Shown here piece by piece: positions 38,691-49,888 of a stretch of DNA of 64,000 nt. Position numbers and translations under genes: made by a program. Source of the DNA: a virus (Duplodnaviria > Caudoviricetes); the IMG/VR virus record IMGVR_UViG_3300031992_000070, positions 16,912 to 80,911 of that record; one strand, given 5' to 3'. Numbering within the stretch: the stretch's first letter is position 1; every line of letters begins with the position of its first letter. The notes beneath the pieces were generated by a model that had not been told where the DNA came from, did no database searches, and saw only the letters and a list, made by a program, of their open reading frames with translations.

Positions 38691-39152
38691 TTAAGCATTA
38701 CTTGGTGATGTTAGCGTATGAAGCGTGATTGTTCCCATAATATACGAATTTCTTCCGCGATGCAGCTTCTGTATCGTAGGCTTGTACGATTTCAGACATA
38801 CTACATGGGCATATTTGTTCACGTAAGCGGATTTCAGGTAGAAATCCCCCTGCTTGCACATATAGCTGATGAATGCGTCGTGTACCGTCTGTGTGTCGCT
38901 AGCACCGTATCTTTCACCAACGACGAACGTTACCGATATATCAACGTTTGCGCGAACGATTGAGCCGCCAGCAAGAAAATAGTCCTCCGTCTGACTGTTT
39001 ATCCATTTTGCGGTGTACACGTTCTGTGCTTCGCCAAGTTCGTTGTACCCGTCAACCGCGAGGATTTTAACGCCAGCAAACTTTGTCGTTATATCCTCCC
39101 AACTGCTAGCGTTCCTGCTAACAAAGTATTTGTTCCTTAATTCCTGTGCCAT
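38691..39152 (-). CDS. Putative distal tail/baseplate protein
   Basis: Position just downstream of the tape measure block; beta-rich sequence. Confidence 0.5.
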   Translation of the reverse strand: MAQELRNKYFVSRNASSWEDITTKFAGVKILAVDGYNELGEAQNVYTAKWINSQTEDYFLAGGSIVRANVDISVTFVVGERYGASDTQTVHDAFISYMCKQGDFYLKSAYVNKYAHVVCLKSYKPTIQKLHRGRNSYIMGTITLHTLTSPSNA

Positions 39153-39156
39153 AATC

Positions 39157-39756
39157 CTATAATCTTAGTTCTTTGTCGAAAATCTTTACGTTCCCAAGGC
39201 AGTATTTTCCAAGTTCCACCTTTGCGTCTTTTGAATACCTGTAAACAACCACATCGCTGCTTTCGTCCAAGTCCTCTATCGTAATAACACTCCTGTCGAA
39301 AAGCTTTATGTTCGCGGAATTGAACCCTTCACATACAAGATGCACGTTGCTGCGGTTGCTTATGTATATTGTCGGGCATTTGGTCTGCGGGACAACAACG
39401 TTCGCTCCGACAGTCCACATGATGCTTGAAATATCCGTCGATATGTTCAGGTCGTTCTCGTAGTCCCAGTCAACATAAAGCGAATACGTATATCCTTTCA
39501 CGTCATCACAGTCGTTGAACACAACACCGTTGATGTAGTCCTTGAAATACTCCTTGACATATTCTTTGGTAATACCGATGCCCTTGTACGCGTGCGTAAC
39601 AACGTAAGGTATCGACTGTTGGCAAAGCGAAAGCTTTATAAGCATGCTCTTGTCATCACCGCACTTTCTCCAATGCGACTTATAGTCGGCGCATAGCGGT
39701 GCTGTTATCGCACCGCTTAATGCCGCCTTGTAAAAATCGAATATTCCCTTATCCAT
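39157..39756 (-). CDS. Hypothetical virion-region protein (199 aa, start MDKGIFD)
   Basis: Own promoter TATCTTTG at ~39762-39769; the track extension overlaps the tape measure gene. Confidence 0.6.
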   Translation of the reverse strand: MDKGIFDFYKAALSGAITAPLCADYKSHWRKCGDDKSMLIKLSLCQQSIPYVVTHAYKGIGITKEYVKEYFKDYINGVVFNDCDDVKGYTYSLYVDWDYENDLNISTDISSIMWTVGANVVVPQTKCPTIYISNRSNVHLVCEGFNSANIKLFDRSVITIEDLDESSDVVVYRYSKDAKVELGKYCLGNVKIFDKELRL

Positions 39757-39796
39757 ATTGCAAAGATAGTAACTTTTTTGTTTGTAACCAAATATT

Positions 39797-42700
39797 TTAT
39801 GCCATTTCAACGCGAACCGCAAGTCCGTTAGGACTACTCCATCCTTCAAGAATTGACTGTATCGCCATCTGTACTTGGAACGACTGCTGCAACTGTAGAA
39901 GCATCTGTCCCTGTACGCCAAGCTGTATGTCCGCATCGCCTCCAATAAGAATGTCGCGTATCTGCGTGAGGATGTCCGACTGGTAGTAGACCTGCTGCGA
40001 AACACCGTTCATGTAAGCCTCCAACGCGCCTGCGGTATCTTCGGTTATACCCTGAATACCTTGTTTTAGGGAAGATAGTTTTTCTTTGTCTTTTTCGCTC
40101 CCAAATTCGATGCCAAAAAGTTCCATATACTCTTTAAATTCGTTTTGGACATCACTACGCCAACTAGCAGACGTATCCCTTATGCTTTGAATGTCTTCTG
40201 GTCGAGGTCTTGCAGCATCAGAATATGCTTTTGCGTATTTTTCTTTCGCTTCCTCGTAAGATTTTTTAACACGCTCAATAACATCGTCTGAAACATAAAG
40301 GTCTCTGTCTTGTGCAAACGCCATAATAGCTTCATAGGCAACGTAAGCTTTATCCATTGCAGTCTTTGCATCCAGCACATTCTCGTCGAGCGATGCCCTT
40401 AATTCGGCTCGTTCTGATATATCTTTTAGCATTTCTTCAATTCTATCACCTATAAGTTTGCTAACTATAGATTTGGAGACCATGCTGTCTATCATTTCAT
40501 TAAACGAATCCTTGTAAGCGTCCATATATTTCTCGCCTTTTTTGAAAGCGTCAATCATACTGTCAACAAGATTTTCAGCCCAATCTTGAGAATCTGAAAT
40601 GTCTACAAGTTCTTTTGCTACATTTTTTGCAGCATTGGAAACTTCTCGCTCTAATTCATCAACCTTATCCTCAAGATTTGAGATTTTTTCAAAATCTTTG
40701 TCTTTGTTATCTCTTGACCTTTCAAGTGTAAGCTGCCTTTTAACATCATCAAGTTCCAATTGTTTGTTAGTTAATTGCAGCTTCTTTAATCCAATGTCGT
40801 CAGCACCATACGAGTCTTCTATTGCTCTTTTTAATTTATTGTATGATACTGCAAGCCTGTCAATTTGACGTTGGATTTGTGTTACCTGCTTGTTAATTGC
40901 TTCATTTGACGCCTCTGAAGCCCATCTGATAATACTACTTGCAGCCCCAGCTATACCACCGATTATAGCACCATACGCTCCACCAACTTGAGCACCAGTA
41001 GAAGCACCCTTTCCAGCACTTTCTATAACAGAAAACAATCTGTCAACATCACTAGTGTCAACACCGCTTATGGATTTTGCAAGGTCGTCAAAAACACTGA
41101 TTGCAGATTTTACAGCGTTTACTGTTTCATATATACTTCCAACCCAAGCAGTTGCGTCAACCTTTCCAAACTTCTCGCGCTCTTCGTTAAGCTTTTTTAA
41201 TTTATCTCTCGCTTCTTTAAGTTTTGACTGCGTTTTTTCATCTGCAATTCCGTTCGCTATATTTAAAGCTTCAATTTTTGAAAGTTGCTCTATTTCATTT
41301 TTTGTTTTTTCTATTTCTTCGTCAAACAACTCCATTTTTTCTTTCGCTCTATCAAGCATATTGCCGATATATCCGAAAGGATTGTCTTTTCTTTGCTCTT
41401 TGTATAGGTTTCTTAACGCCTTGTTGATTTTAATTATTTGATTCCCGTCTAACCCTTTTGCAGTCTTTTTATAACTTTCTATTTCAGATATAAGCATTGA
41501 AATTGCACTCTTTGACATATTCGCAAGTTCTCCAGTGGCAATAATCCATTCTGGAGATTTCTGGAAAGCTTCAAAGTTCTCCTTTGCTATGCCTTGTTCT
41601 TGACTGTTATCAATGGCGGTTACAATGTTTAGTTTTGCATTATCATCGCCAGCAATGTTTTTGACAAGATTTTGCAGTTGCTCTATAAGTTTCTGTTTCT
41701 CCTGTGGGTCGGTAGCCGCAAGAATCTGTGTCTGTAAGTTCAAAGCCAAAGATTTCTCGTCTTCGTTTCTTCCAAATTGCTGCGCAAATGTCACACGCTC
41801 CTTAACGGCGTCATTCTGGATTTTGCTTATCTTTGTTTCATACTCCGCATACTTTTCAAGCAGCTTGTCCCAGTCTTTAATCCTTTCCTCCGTTTCCTTT
41901 CTTTGGAATCCTCTTGCAGCTTCAACAGCTTTTTTTACAAGTTCAAGTTGCGCATCTGTAAATGTTTTGTTTTCTTCAAATGCACGCAAATAATCATCCG
42001 TGATGTCAAGCACATTTGGAAGTTCTGTCTTTGCACCCAATTCGCTAAGTTTGCTATTCAGTATCTTTGATGCGCGTTCTGCATACTCGCTTGCCGTTCT
42101 TGGCAAATCGTTCACGTCAATACCCATCCAGTCGGCAAACATATTACCCAACTCTGGGTCTGCATCTAAAGATACCGCCAGCTCATACTCGTCCTTTAGG
42201 CGGTCGAGTTCGTTGTTCAAACCCTTGGTAATCTTGGTGAGGTCATAAGCATCAGCATCAACATCAACCTCGCTATATTTGACTTCAAGTTCTTTAATCT
42301 CTTCTGGCTTGATGTTTTTGGCAATTTTGGCAGAGTCCAATTGTAACTTTAACATGTCCAAAAGCGCATGCGGATTGTCCGTACCAGCAAATTTGGATAT
42401 ATCAAAAAGCGGTATGTTATTCTTTCCAAGTATAGAGTTGATGCGTGCAATAGAATTTCCAAATTGGTTTGTTATCTTTGTTAAGGCATCACCACTATTT
42501 GCGCCAGCATCGACAAGTTTTTTGTATTGGCTGCGCACCCTATCAATAAGTTGCAATTCGTCTTTTAGTGCTTTTGTCAATTCGCTTTCAGCAGCCTTTT
42601 GAGCCTTGCTTGCGGCAGTATTTTCTTTCTTTGACTCACCACCTTTTTCAACGGCTTTGTTATAATCCTTCTGTGCCTGTGTACGCTCTTTAAGTGCTTC

Positions 42701-45700
42701 CGTGAGTTCTCTGTCATCTTGACTAACACGGCTTAAATCAACAGCACCTGTTTCAGCACCCTCAACCTCCTTTGCGCCTTTCTTTCTTAGTTGACTAATG
42801 CGCTTGTCAAGACGCTGCATTGTCTTCCAAGCATCATCAGCCGCTTTATCGTATTCTTCAAGCTGCTTGTAGACCGACTTTCCATCCTCCGTGCTAATAG
42901 TCATCTTGATAAACACGCTCCAAGTGTTAGCATCGTTTATCCAATTTTTTAATCGGTTGAAAACACTATCTGTTGCAAGGTTGTGCGATTTCTCGTATCT
43001 ATTAGCCCAATCGTGAACTCTTTTTTGCCACTCTTCGGACTGGAAGTCCATAGCTTTCTTGCCGTGGTCTGTCATGGAATTGTACGCAGCCGTGAGTTCG
43101 CTTATGTGACGTTCCTTAATGTATTTTGTGAAATCGTTCCAGTAAGCACGGTTTTCACCGTTGAACTTGTCAAAATCGCGCTTTTGTTGCTCAAGCGTTT
43201 CCAAGTTCTTCTGTATCTGCTGCTTTGATATTTCATCAGATGCTGTTGCGAGTGCGTTCTTTTCGTCGGCAATGCGGATTTCAAGTGCTTCTTTTGCAGC
43301 TTTAGCACGGGCAACCTCAACCTCTCGTTGTAGCGTAAATGCTGTTTGCGGGTCAAGATTACTTTGAGTTGCAAGTCTGTCCGTAACTTGCTTAAACACC
43401 TCATCAATCTTTCCAGTATCACCAGACCATCCGTTAAGGTTGATAAAGTCGATAACAGAATCGGTTGTGACTTTAAGGTCTTTGCGGAATCGTTCAAGCG
43501 CAGTTGCATAGTCTTTGTCAATAACCTTTGTGAATTTATCATTGGGGTCTTGACCTGCATCTTGAAGTCTTTGTATTTCTTTTTGTAAGTCTTTTACATT
43601 GCCAATCAATCCATCTGCGCCTTGCCAAGCATTCCACCAAGCAGCCCAACTTTGCGTCACCTTGATGCCGTCCTCTCCAATTTCCTTTAGTGCTGCTGAA
43701 ACTGTCTGAATGTCGTCAAGTATTTGGAATCCCTGTCTTAGTCTCTCGCTGACATTTTCGATAGAAAGTAGTTTGCTAATGTATTCATCGCTTGCGTGCG
43801 AAGATAATTCAATCTGCTCACGCATAGCCTCCCACACTTTTTTTGCCTCCGATGCAGAAATGTCTTGTCCTACAGTCTGGTTTGCATAAGCGGTTGCAGC
43901 CGCCTTTCCTGTTGATGGGTCGTATATATTCCCAATAGCCGTTTTTTGCGTAGTGTAAAGGCTGTCACGAACATTTTTGTATTGCTCTGCAAATTTCTTT
44001 AAGTCCTCGTATGTAGTTTTCGCGCCATCACGCAAAGATTTGTTAAACTCTTTAGTTGCTCTATCTGCATTGATAAAAGCGTCTCCTATCTCTGTTACAA
44101 GCAGAGCAGCCATTGTAAACCATGCCAACGGAGAACGAACAAGGGACATAAATGCGCTTCCAAGCGTTCTTACTGTAGCAGCAAGACGTGTGCCAAGTAA
44201 CGAATTGAGCGTCATGTATTTGTTAAGAGAACCAAAGCCTATACCTGCCGCATGAGCACAGACACCCAAGAATTGCAGGGCTTTTGCAACACCAAACACA
44301 AGAGCAACTTCGTTTAGCGCGCCATAAAGATTTTTCCATTGCAAGAATAAACTTCTTAAAGCACCGATACTCCAAGTAAGAACCCCTTGCGTTTCTTTAC
44401 CCATATCATTAAGCATATTGTTCCATGCCAACGTAAGGTTTGCAAGACGAACTTTAAGAGTGTCGGCCATTTTTGCTTGGAAATCAAAGAACTTGCCACC
44501 TTCATCAGTCATCTTTGTAATAACAGACATGACAGAATTATAGTCAATGGCTTTCTTTTTCATGCGGTCATATACGTCGGCTGTACTAACCATCTTTCCC
44601 TCTAGCTCCGTGTAATAGTCGGAAAGTTGCTTTACAAGCGGAATACCAGCATTTGCAAACATACGCGCATCACGACTATTTAGGTAGCCATAAGCCTTAA
44701 TCTGTCCAAGTGCGTAAGTTAAACGTTCCATTGGAACGCCAACGGCAGATGCCATATCTGCCAATCGCCTTGTTGTATCTACAACGTCCTTTGCGGCAAT
44801 ATCGTATGCCGTTAATTGTTTTGCAGCATTTGACAATTCAATAAGTGTGTATGGCGACACAAGAGCCATCTGTGACAACTCATTGAATATTTGCGTTCCA
44901 CGTTCTGCGCTATTGATAAGAATACCAAGCGCACGTTCGTTCATTTCATATTGCGAACGAACCTCAATAAGGTTCTTGATGAAGGCTGTTGACGCGCCAA
45001 CGGTAAAGTAGAACGCAAGACGGTTCTTCATGTAGTTCCAAGAACGGCCGAGCGCATTGTTTGAACCAATCATTTGTTGATTCTTCTGCATCACATCGTC
45101 CATCTTCTTTTTAAGACGGTCGTATTCTGCATTTACAGTAGAAATTTCTTTCTTTTGTGTTTCAACGTTTAAACCGCTACGTAAAGATGATAGTCTTTGC
45201 ATCTTATATGCAATATCATCAAGCGTCTTTTCAGACAATCCTCCTTTGCCGTTTATACCAATAATAGACTCTAATGACACTGGTCTTGCGGCTTGTGAAC
45301 GTATTTTCTGCATAGCGCGTTCGACCTCATGCATAGAAGCAACAAGCGTCTTACCTTGGTCGCTATTCCTATCAGACTTTCCAAGCGTATCGTAAGCCTG
45401 TTTTAGCTGTTTTAGTGTAGATGCCAACTTATTGTAAGAATCCTTTTCAGCATCAGCCATCTTTACTTGTTGCTCCTGTATTCCAAGAACAGATGCAATG
45501 GACTGACGTAGGCTGTCGTAGCTTTGGAACGGCGTAGTACCACCAGAACGAATGCCGCTTGCTCGTTTGTTTATTTCTTCGTTGACTTTTTTCTGGTCTT
45601 GATAAATCTTTTTTAATTCCTCACCAGTAAGACGGGTAGCTTGTGCAACTTTTTCTTCTTCGGCAGCTTGCTGTAGCATTGAGGATTGTTCGCTTTTATG

Positions 45701-46615
45701 AAGCTGCAAAAGCTGTTCTTCTAGTGCAATACGGCTTTTTAGAGGTGTTGTATCTTTTTCTAGGTTATATACGCTTACTCCATTAACAACTGCGTAACCC
45801 TTTTCTTTCCATTGTGCGCTTTCCCTAATCGCTTGCGCTTGCTTGCGAATTTCTTCTGTGTATCTTTGCGCGGATTGTGTAGCGGTGCTATATGATGTTG
45901 ATTGATTTTGCAATTCTGACTGTCCCTTTTTAAATTGCTCGTTCAGTTGAGCAAGTTCAGGATTTACTTTTTGCAGACTATTTACATAGTTTTGAATTGT
46001 ATGGCCTTGCGGTGCAATAACATCACCCATCTGCTGAATGGCGTTTTGCAATCCTCTAATCTGCGGTATAAGCGTGCGAACCTCGTCGCCATATTTATGC
46101 ACACCTTCGGTTGCAAACTGATATAATCCCTTATCACCAGTTTTTGTTGCACTTGATGCCATAGCAACAAACGAAGAGTATTGTTGACGGGCTTCACGTA
46201 GCCGTTCACGCAATAAGTCAAGTTGTATATTCATTGTTTGCAATGTATCCGCATTGCGTATGCTACCAGCATCTCCAGTACGGACAGATACCTGACTTGC
46301 TTTTCTTATCGCAGCGGCCTGTTGGTCGAGTGTTGTGTTATATTCTTTTGCAATTTGATTGTTACGCTGAATAACCTCGCCTTCTTGCGAGAAAAGTTTT
46401 GCACGTCTTGAACTACCACCGTCAGCAGTGCCTCCAGAATCAATTTTGATATTACCAAGGTTCTTGATGGCTTTCTCCATACGACCAACCTCAGACGTAA
46501 AGTTGTCTGCCATAACCTTTGTTTTTTCGGCTACCATCGACACAAGCTTATTGATAGACTGCTCAAGTTGAGAACTATCAAGACTCGCAGCTATAATTGT
46601 TGCACTATCTGCCAT
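39797..46615 (-). CDS. Tail tape measure protein (2272 aa)
   Basis: Long helical protein with a central tape-measure domain (EMNERALGILINSAERG...SPYTLIELSNAAKQL) after the tail chaperones. Confidence 0.92.
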   Translation of the reverse strand: MADSATIIAASLDSSQLEQSINKLVSMVAEKTKVMADNFTSEVGRMEKAIKNLGNIKIDSGGTADGGSSRRAKLFSQEGEVIQRNNQIAKEYNTTLDQQAAAIRKASQVSVRTGDAGSIRNADTLQTMNIQLDLLRERLREARQQYSSFVAMASSATKTGDKGLYQFATEGVHKYGDEVRTLIPQIRGLQNAIQQMGDVIAPQGHTIQNYVNSLQKVNPELAQLNEQFKKGQSELQNQSTSYSTATQSAQRYTEEIRKQAQAIRESAQWKEKGYAVVNGVSVYNLEKDTTPLKSRIALEEQLLQLHKSEQSSMLQQAAEEEKVAQATRLTGEELKKIYQDQKKVNEEINKRASGIRSGGTTPFQSYDSLRQSIASVLGIQEQQVKMADAEKDSYNKLASTLKQLKQAYDTLGKSDRNSDQGKTLVASMHEVERAMQKIRSQAARPVSLESIIGINGKGGLSEKTLDDIAYKMQRLSSLRSGLNVETQKKEISTVNAEYDRLKKKMDDVMQKNQQMIGSNNALGRSWNYMKNRLAFYFTVGASTAFIKNLIEVRSQYEMNERALGILINSAERGTQIFNELSQMALVSPYTLIELSNAAKQLTAYDIAAKDVVDTTRRLADMASAVGVPMERLTYALGQIKAYGYLNSRDARMFANAGIPLVKQLSDYYTELEGKMVSTADVYDRMKKKAIDYNSVMSVITKMTDEGGKFFDFQAKMADTLKVRLANLTLAWNNMLNDMGKETQGVLTWSIGALRSLFLQWKNLYGALNEVALVFGVAKALQFLGVCAHAAGIGFGSLNKYMTLNSLLGTRLAATVRTLGSAFMSLVRSPLAWFTMAALLVTEIGDAFINADRATKEFNKSLRDGAKTTYEDLKKFAEQYKNVRDSLYTTQKTAIGNIYDPSTGKAAATAYANQTVGQDISASEAKKVWEAMREQIELSSHASDEYISKLLSIENVSERLRQGFQILDDIQTVSAALKEIGEDGIKVTQSWAAWWNAWQGADGLIGNVKDLQKEIQRLQDAGQDPNDKFTKVIDKDYATALERFRKDLKVTTDSVIDFINLNGWSGDTGKIDEVFKQVTDRLATQSNLDPQTAFTLQREVEVARAKAAKEALEIRIADEKNALATASDEISKQQIQKNLETLEQQKRDFDKFNGENRAYWNDFTKYIKERHISELTAAYNSMTDHGKKAMDFQSEEWQKRVHDWANRYEKSHNLATDSVFNRLKNWINDANTWSVFIKMTISTEDGKSVYKQLEEYDKAADDAWKTMQRLDKRISQLRKKGAKEVEGAETGAVDLSRVSQDDRELTEALKERTQAQKDYNKAVEKGGESKKENTAASKAQKAAESELTKALKDELQLIDRVRSQYKKLVDAGANSGDALTKITNQFGNSIARINSILGKNNIPLFDISKFAGTDNPHALLDMLKLQLDSAKIAKNIKPEEIKELEVKYSEVDVDADAYDLTKITKGLNNELDRLKDEYELAVSLDADPELGNMFADWMGIDVNDLPRTASEYAERASKILNSKLSELGAKTELPNVLDITDDYLRAFEENKTFTDAQLELVKKAVEAARGFQRKETEERIKDWDKLLEKYAEYETKISKIQNDAVKERVTFAQQFGRNEDEKSLALNLQTQILAATDPQEKQKLIEQLQNLVKNIAGDDNAKLNIVTAIDNSQEQGIAKENFEAFQKSPEWIIATGELANMSKSAISMLISEIESYKKTAKGLDGNQIIKINKALRNLYKEQRKDNPFGYIGNMLDRAKEKMELFDEEIEKTKNEIEQLSKIEALNIANGIADEKTQSKLKEARDKLKKLNEEREKFGKVDATAWVGSIYETVNAVKSAISVFDDLAKSISGVDTSDVDRLFSVIESAGKGASTGAQVGGAYGAIIGGIAGAASSIIRWASEASNEAINKQVTQIQRQIDRLAVSYNKLKRAIEDSYGADDIGLKKLQLTNKQLELDDVKRQLTLERSRDNKDKDFEKISNLEDKVDELEREVSNAAKNVAKELVDISDSQDWAENLVDSMIDAFKKGEKYMDAYKDSFNEMIDSMVSKSIVSKLIGDRIEEMLKDISERAELRASLDENVLDAKTAMDKAYVAYEAIMAFAQDRDLYVSDDVIERVKKSYEEAKEKYAKAYSDAARPRPEDIQSIRDTSASWRSDVQNEFKEYMELFGIEFGSEKDKEKLSSLKQGIQGITEDTAGALEAYMNGVSQQVYYQSDILTQIRDILIGGDADIQLGVQGQMLLQLQQSFQVQMAIQSILEGWSSPNGLAVRVEMA

Positions 46616-46636
46616 ACTTATTTAGAGTTAAAATTG

Positions 46637-47026
46637 TTATTCTTTCTTCTTTTTCTTCTTGCCTTTGTTGACGGGGATTTCCATTTCCTCGCCAGCTTTC
46701 AGCTGCTTTGTATTTCCGAGACCACCCATGAACTTTTCAAGTTGCTTCTGTGCCTCGTATGCGTCCTTATATCCGTTCCAAGCCTTCTTGTCTGTGCCCT
46801 TCAAATACTTGGTGTGCGTGTTGTCAACGGCCATAAACTGAATCTGTGCAATGCTCAGACGATACAGATAGTCGTCTAATCGGTATTGGGTGAAGGCTCG
46901 GAGGAAGTCGCTTGCGTCTGCAATGACAGTGCTTCCATAAACAGTGATGCTGTCTCCTCCGATTTCTTCTTCCGCATCAGAAGTGAATCCGTAAGCGTAC
47001 TCACCGATTTTTTGAGTAAAAAAAAA
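46637..47026 (-). CDS. Tail assembly chaperone T segment (-1 frameshift product)
   Basis: -1 frame ORF entered at GGTTTTTTTTT (T9 run at 47018-47026). Confidence 0.7.
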   Translation of the reverse strand, partial: FFFTQKIGEYAYGFTSDAEEEIGGDSITVYGSTVIADASDFLRAFTQYRLDDYLYRLSIAQIQFMAVDNTHTKYLKGTDKKAWNGYKDAYEAQKQLEKFMGGLGNTKQLKAGEEMEIPVNKGKKKKKKE

Positions 47027-47490
47027 CCACTCAAGTCGATTGACTTTATCGCACCTAGAACTACCGCAGCCCACTGGTTCGTGTCAAACGTACTGTTCAT
47101 TACCTTTGCCTTCATCATAGCCACCATCTTGTCGTTTCTTGACATAACATCCTCAACATCATCGTAAGAACGTATATCGTCTGGCGTAAACCTGTGATTG
47201 CACAGGACAATGGCCATTATCTCACACATCGCATCCAAATCCGTACACAATGCCGTTATAACCTTCTGGTCGGTATCCAGCGTTTCATCCGCTTTGCGCA
47301 TATCCATAACCAACCTGCAAATGCGGTACAACGAATAATAGCGCATATTCTTCACTACATATTCCTTGTTGCCCAGCATTACCAGCGAAGGACTGTCATT
47401 GATAATGTCAACTATATCACGCTTTATGTCTATCGTGAAGTCTGACATCTCGTTTCCAGCTTTAGGCTCTTCCTTTTCTTTCTTCTTCAT
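46876..47490 (-). CDS. Tail assembly chaperone G
   Basis: Lies between the major tail and tape measure genes and contains the slippery site. Confidence 0.75.
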   Translation of the reverse strand: MKKKEKEEPKAGNEMSDFTIDIKRDIVDIINDSPSLVMLGNKEYVVKNMRYYSLYRICRLVMDMRKADETLDTDQKVITALCTDLDAMCEIMAIVLCNHRFTPDDIRSYDDVEDVMSRNDKMVAMMKAKVMNSTFDTNQWAAVVLGAIKSIDLSGFFLLKKSVSTLTDSLLMRKKKSEETASLFMEALSLQTQATSSEPSPNTD

Positions 47491-47530
47491 ATCGTGAACG
47501 TGTTTTTAATATTGCAATCGTGAAACGAAA

Positions 47531-47566
47531 GGGGCACACAAATGGGACTATCCCACCGTGCGCCCC
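47531..47566 (-). terminator. Hairpin/attenuator after the major tail gene
   Basis: GGGGCGCAC-GG-TGGGA-TAG-TCCCA-TTT-GTGTGCCCC followed by TTT. Confidence 0.6.
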
Positions 47567-47595
47567 ACGTTCACGAAAACAAAAGAGTTTGTTTT

Positions 47596-48108
47596 TTACT
47601 CACCAGTATCGCCGATAATCTTGTACATGTGGTCGTTCTGGTCTGCATCAGTGTAAACCAAAGCGGTAATGGTTACACTGTAGTTCAGAGCACCGTCAGC
47701 ATCCTTCTTGAGAGTGCCAACCGTCAAGCCCTTGTAGATAACCAGCGAACCAAAGCCACGTCCAAAGTCCAGCTTCCATTCCTTCTCGGAAGTGTAAGCA
47801 GAAGGAGCACCCTCGTACACTTCTGACGTAGTGCTTGTTCCTGCTGTGTAAGTACCACCGAATACTGCGGGAAGCTCACTGAGGTCATAGTTGGCCAGTT
47901 CAAACGTCATCGTCACAGGATTACCCTGATAGAAAATGTCGAACGGAGCATCATAGAACTCGGCCTCAATCTCCGTAGACTCAGGCTCGTCCTGTGCAAT
48001 GGTAAGACCACGAAGAACACCCATGAACTTTGTGTATTCAACACTTGCGGCAGAACCGACGGCACGGTATCCAAGACCAATCGGCTTCAAAGTTGTTTTC
48101 TTTGCCAT
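47596..48108 (-). CDS. Major tail tube protein
   Basis: Synteny; acidic beta-rich 170-aa protein (TIAQDEPESTEIEAEF...VTMTFEL). Confidence 0.75.
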   Translation of the reverse strand: MAKKTTLKPIGLGYRAVGSAASVEYTKFMGVLRGLTIAQDEPESTEIEAEFYDAPFDIFYQGNPVTMTFELANYDLSELPAVFGGTYTAGTSTTSEVYEGAPSAYTSEKEWKLDFGRGFGSLVIYKGLTVGTLKKDADGALNYSVTITALVYTDADQNDHMYKIIGDTGE

Positions 48109-48147
48109 AATTTTACCCTTTCTTTAATTTAATGTTATTCTTAATTG

Positions 48148-49855
48148 TTATTCAATCTGTTTGTCGATGACTAATACAAAAGACTTTCTATATATATGAT
48201 ACTGATTACCCTTTTGCGAGGTTTCATCATCATCTGCAGAGAGTTCAGAACCTTTAAGTACGTAATAGTCTGTGTTGCGAGATTCTGTAGCAAGGTTTAC
48301 AACGGTATTTATACCATCTTCAAATGCCTTGTATTTCTCCGTATCAAGTCTTCCGCGAGGTTTTTTCGGAACATACGCAGTAACATAGCATCTTGCCCAT
48401 CCGTAAGCATCGCCATCAAATTCGCTTTCGTCATTCAAAACACCTACTCTTAACGAGATAAACCCGTTTGAGGTATCGCTTTCGGTATTTTCCGTAGGCT
48501 CACCCATTTTATACACATTCTCTGACACAGTGCCATAAAACATGTCGTACAAGTAGTTGTAGATGTCTATTCTTGACTCTTTGAACATAATTAACTAGCT
48601 CTATAGATATTGAATGTTACATTACTTGACTTGAGGTCTCTTGAAACAACATCGTAGTGTCGTGTCATTACCTGCCATCGCAGTTCTTTTCCAGAACGCA
48701 ACGAGAATCCAGTTTCCCAGTATCCCCAATAAGGTGCAAGCACGGCAAAAAACACTTCCCACCCTTTTTCGTTTGTAGGCTTGTAACCCTGAATGAATCT
48801 CTGTGCCAAATAATGACCGCTGACAGATTCGCCCATTGGTCTTGAATATTCATGCAAATGAGATACTTCGCTTGCGGCTTGCGCCCTATAATAGCCAGAC
48901 TTTTTTCTATCTCCGTTAAAATACACGCCCCAACAAAGACTGTCAAGAAGGTTTCCTGTCCTATCCAAATTGTTTGCGTGCGGAAAAACGGATATGTCAT
49001 TGCCTATTTGCTGAATCTCATGCATCGCATATTCAATAAGCCGTTCGGTCTGCAAGTCAGACATCTTTTTAAATATATGCCCCTCTATCGCCTTTTGCGG
49101 AAATATGACCTTTGACTTTTTCATAACCTACCAGACCTTTCTCGTCGAATATATGCTTACGCCGCCTATTTGCGACGGCTCTGCGTTGTCTACAACAAAC
49201 TGAATCGTTTCACCGTAACGAACAAGTGAAATTCTGTCTCCCTTCCTTGGAATTATGTAGATATCCTCATCATCCTTTGTTAGTGGAATGGATATGATGT
49301 AAGATGATGTCTGTAGCACACGTCCTTCATTGTCCGTTACCATGTGCTCATCCATTACGCCATCGTACAGAGTTACCTCCGTATCGTTTTCGTCACCATT
49401 CCCTTCAATGATTCTGGTAATAGTTCCTTGGTATGGGTATTCAAGAATCTCGTCCCTTGTCATAGCCGCTCAACGTCTTCAATCGGTATAAACCTAATCT
49501 TCTTCTGTATGCCCTCTAGTATCTCGGCCTTTTCGTCATCGTACAGTTTGTACATACGGATTGCATACTTGATTTTCTCATCCTGATAAAAGTCCTGCTC
49601 TGAGCCAATGGTCTTTTGGTAGCCATTGTGTGACTGTTGCAATGACGAGGTATTAGACGGGCTTAGAAGTACGGCTGCAAATATAATGTCAGCTGTCATT
49701 AGTTCCCTGTCGCGCTTCGTTACATTGTCGCCGTAAGCATCGTCGTCAGGGTTAATCCCTCTCTCCAATGCTATCTTGACAAAATTCTGCTCGTCAAAAC
49801 GAGTGTATGTCGTGGATGCTTTAAGCCATTCTAATACCGTCATTGCCTCAATCAA
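48148..49855 (-). CDS. Head-tail joining genes: tail terminator (48148-48588), neck (48591-49124), head closure (49128-49463), adaptor (49460-49855)
   Basis: Canonical order and sizes between the capsid and tail tube genes. Confidence 0.65.
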
Positions 49856-49888
49856 CTAAAAACTATTGTCATGATGAAAAACCTATTA

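Noticed and set aside
40560-41450. AT-richer patch inside the tape measure gene as an inserted element
   Set aside because: The reading frame is continuous with no terminal repeats. At most an allele swap, and I could not quantify it without computation.
39699-46488. Numerous 60-130 aa ORFs antisense to or nested in the tape measure gene (and similar ones over the portal, MCP, AAA and tail genes)
   Set aside because: Shadow ORFs of long coding genes with no recognisable motifs or initiation context.
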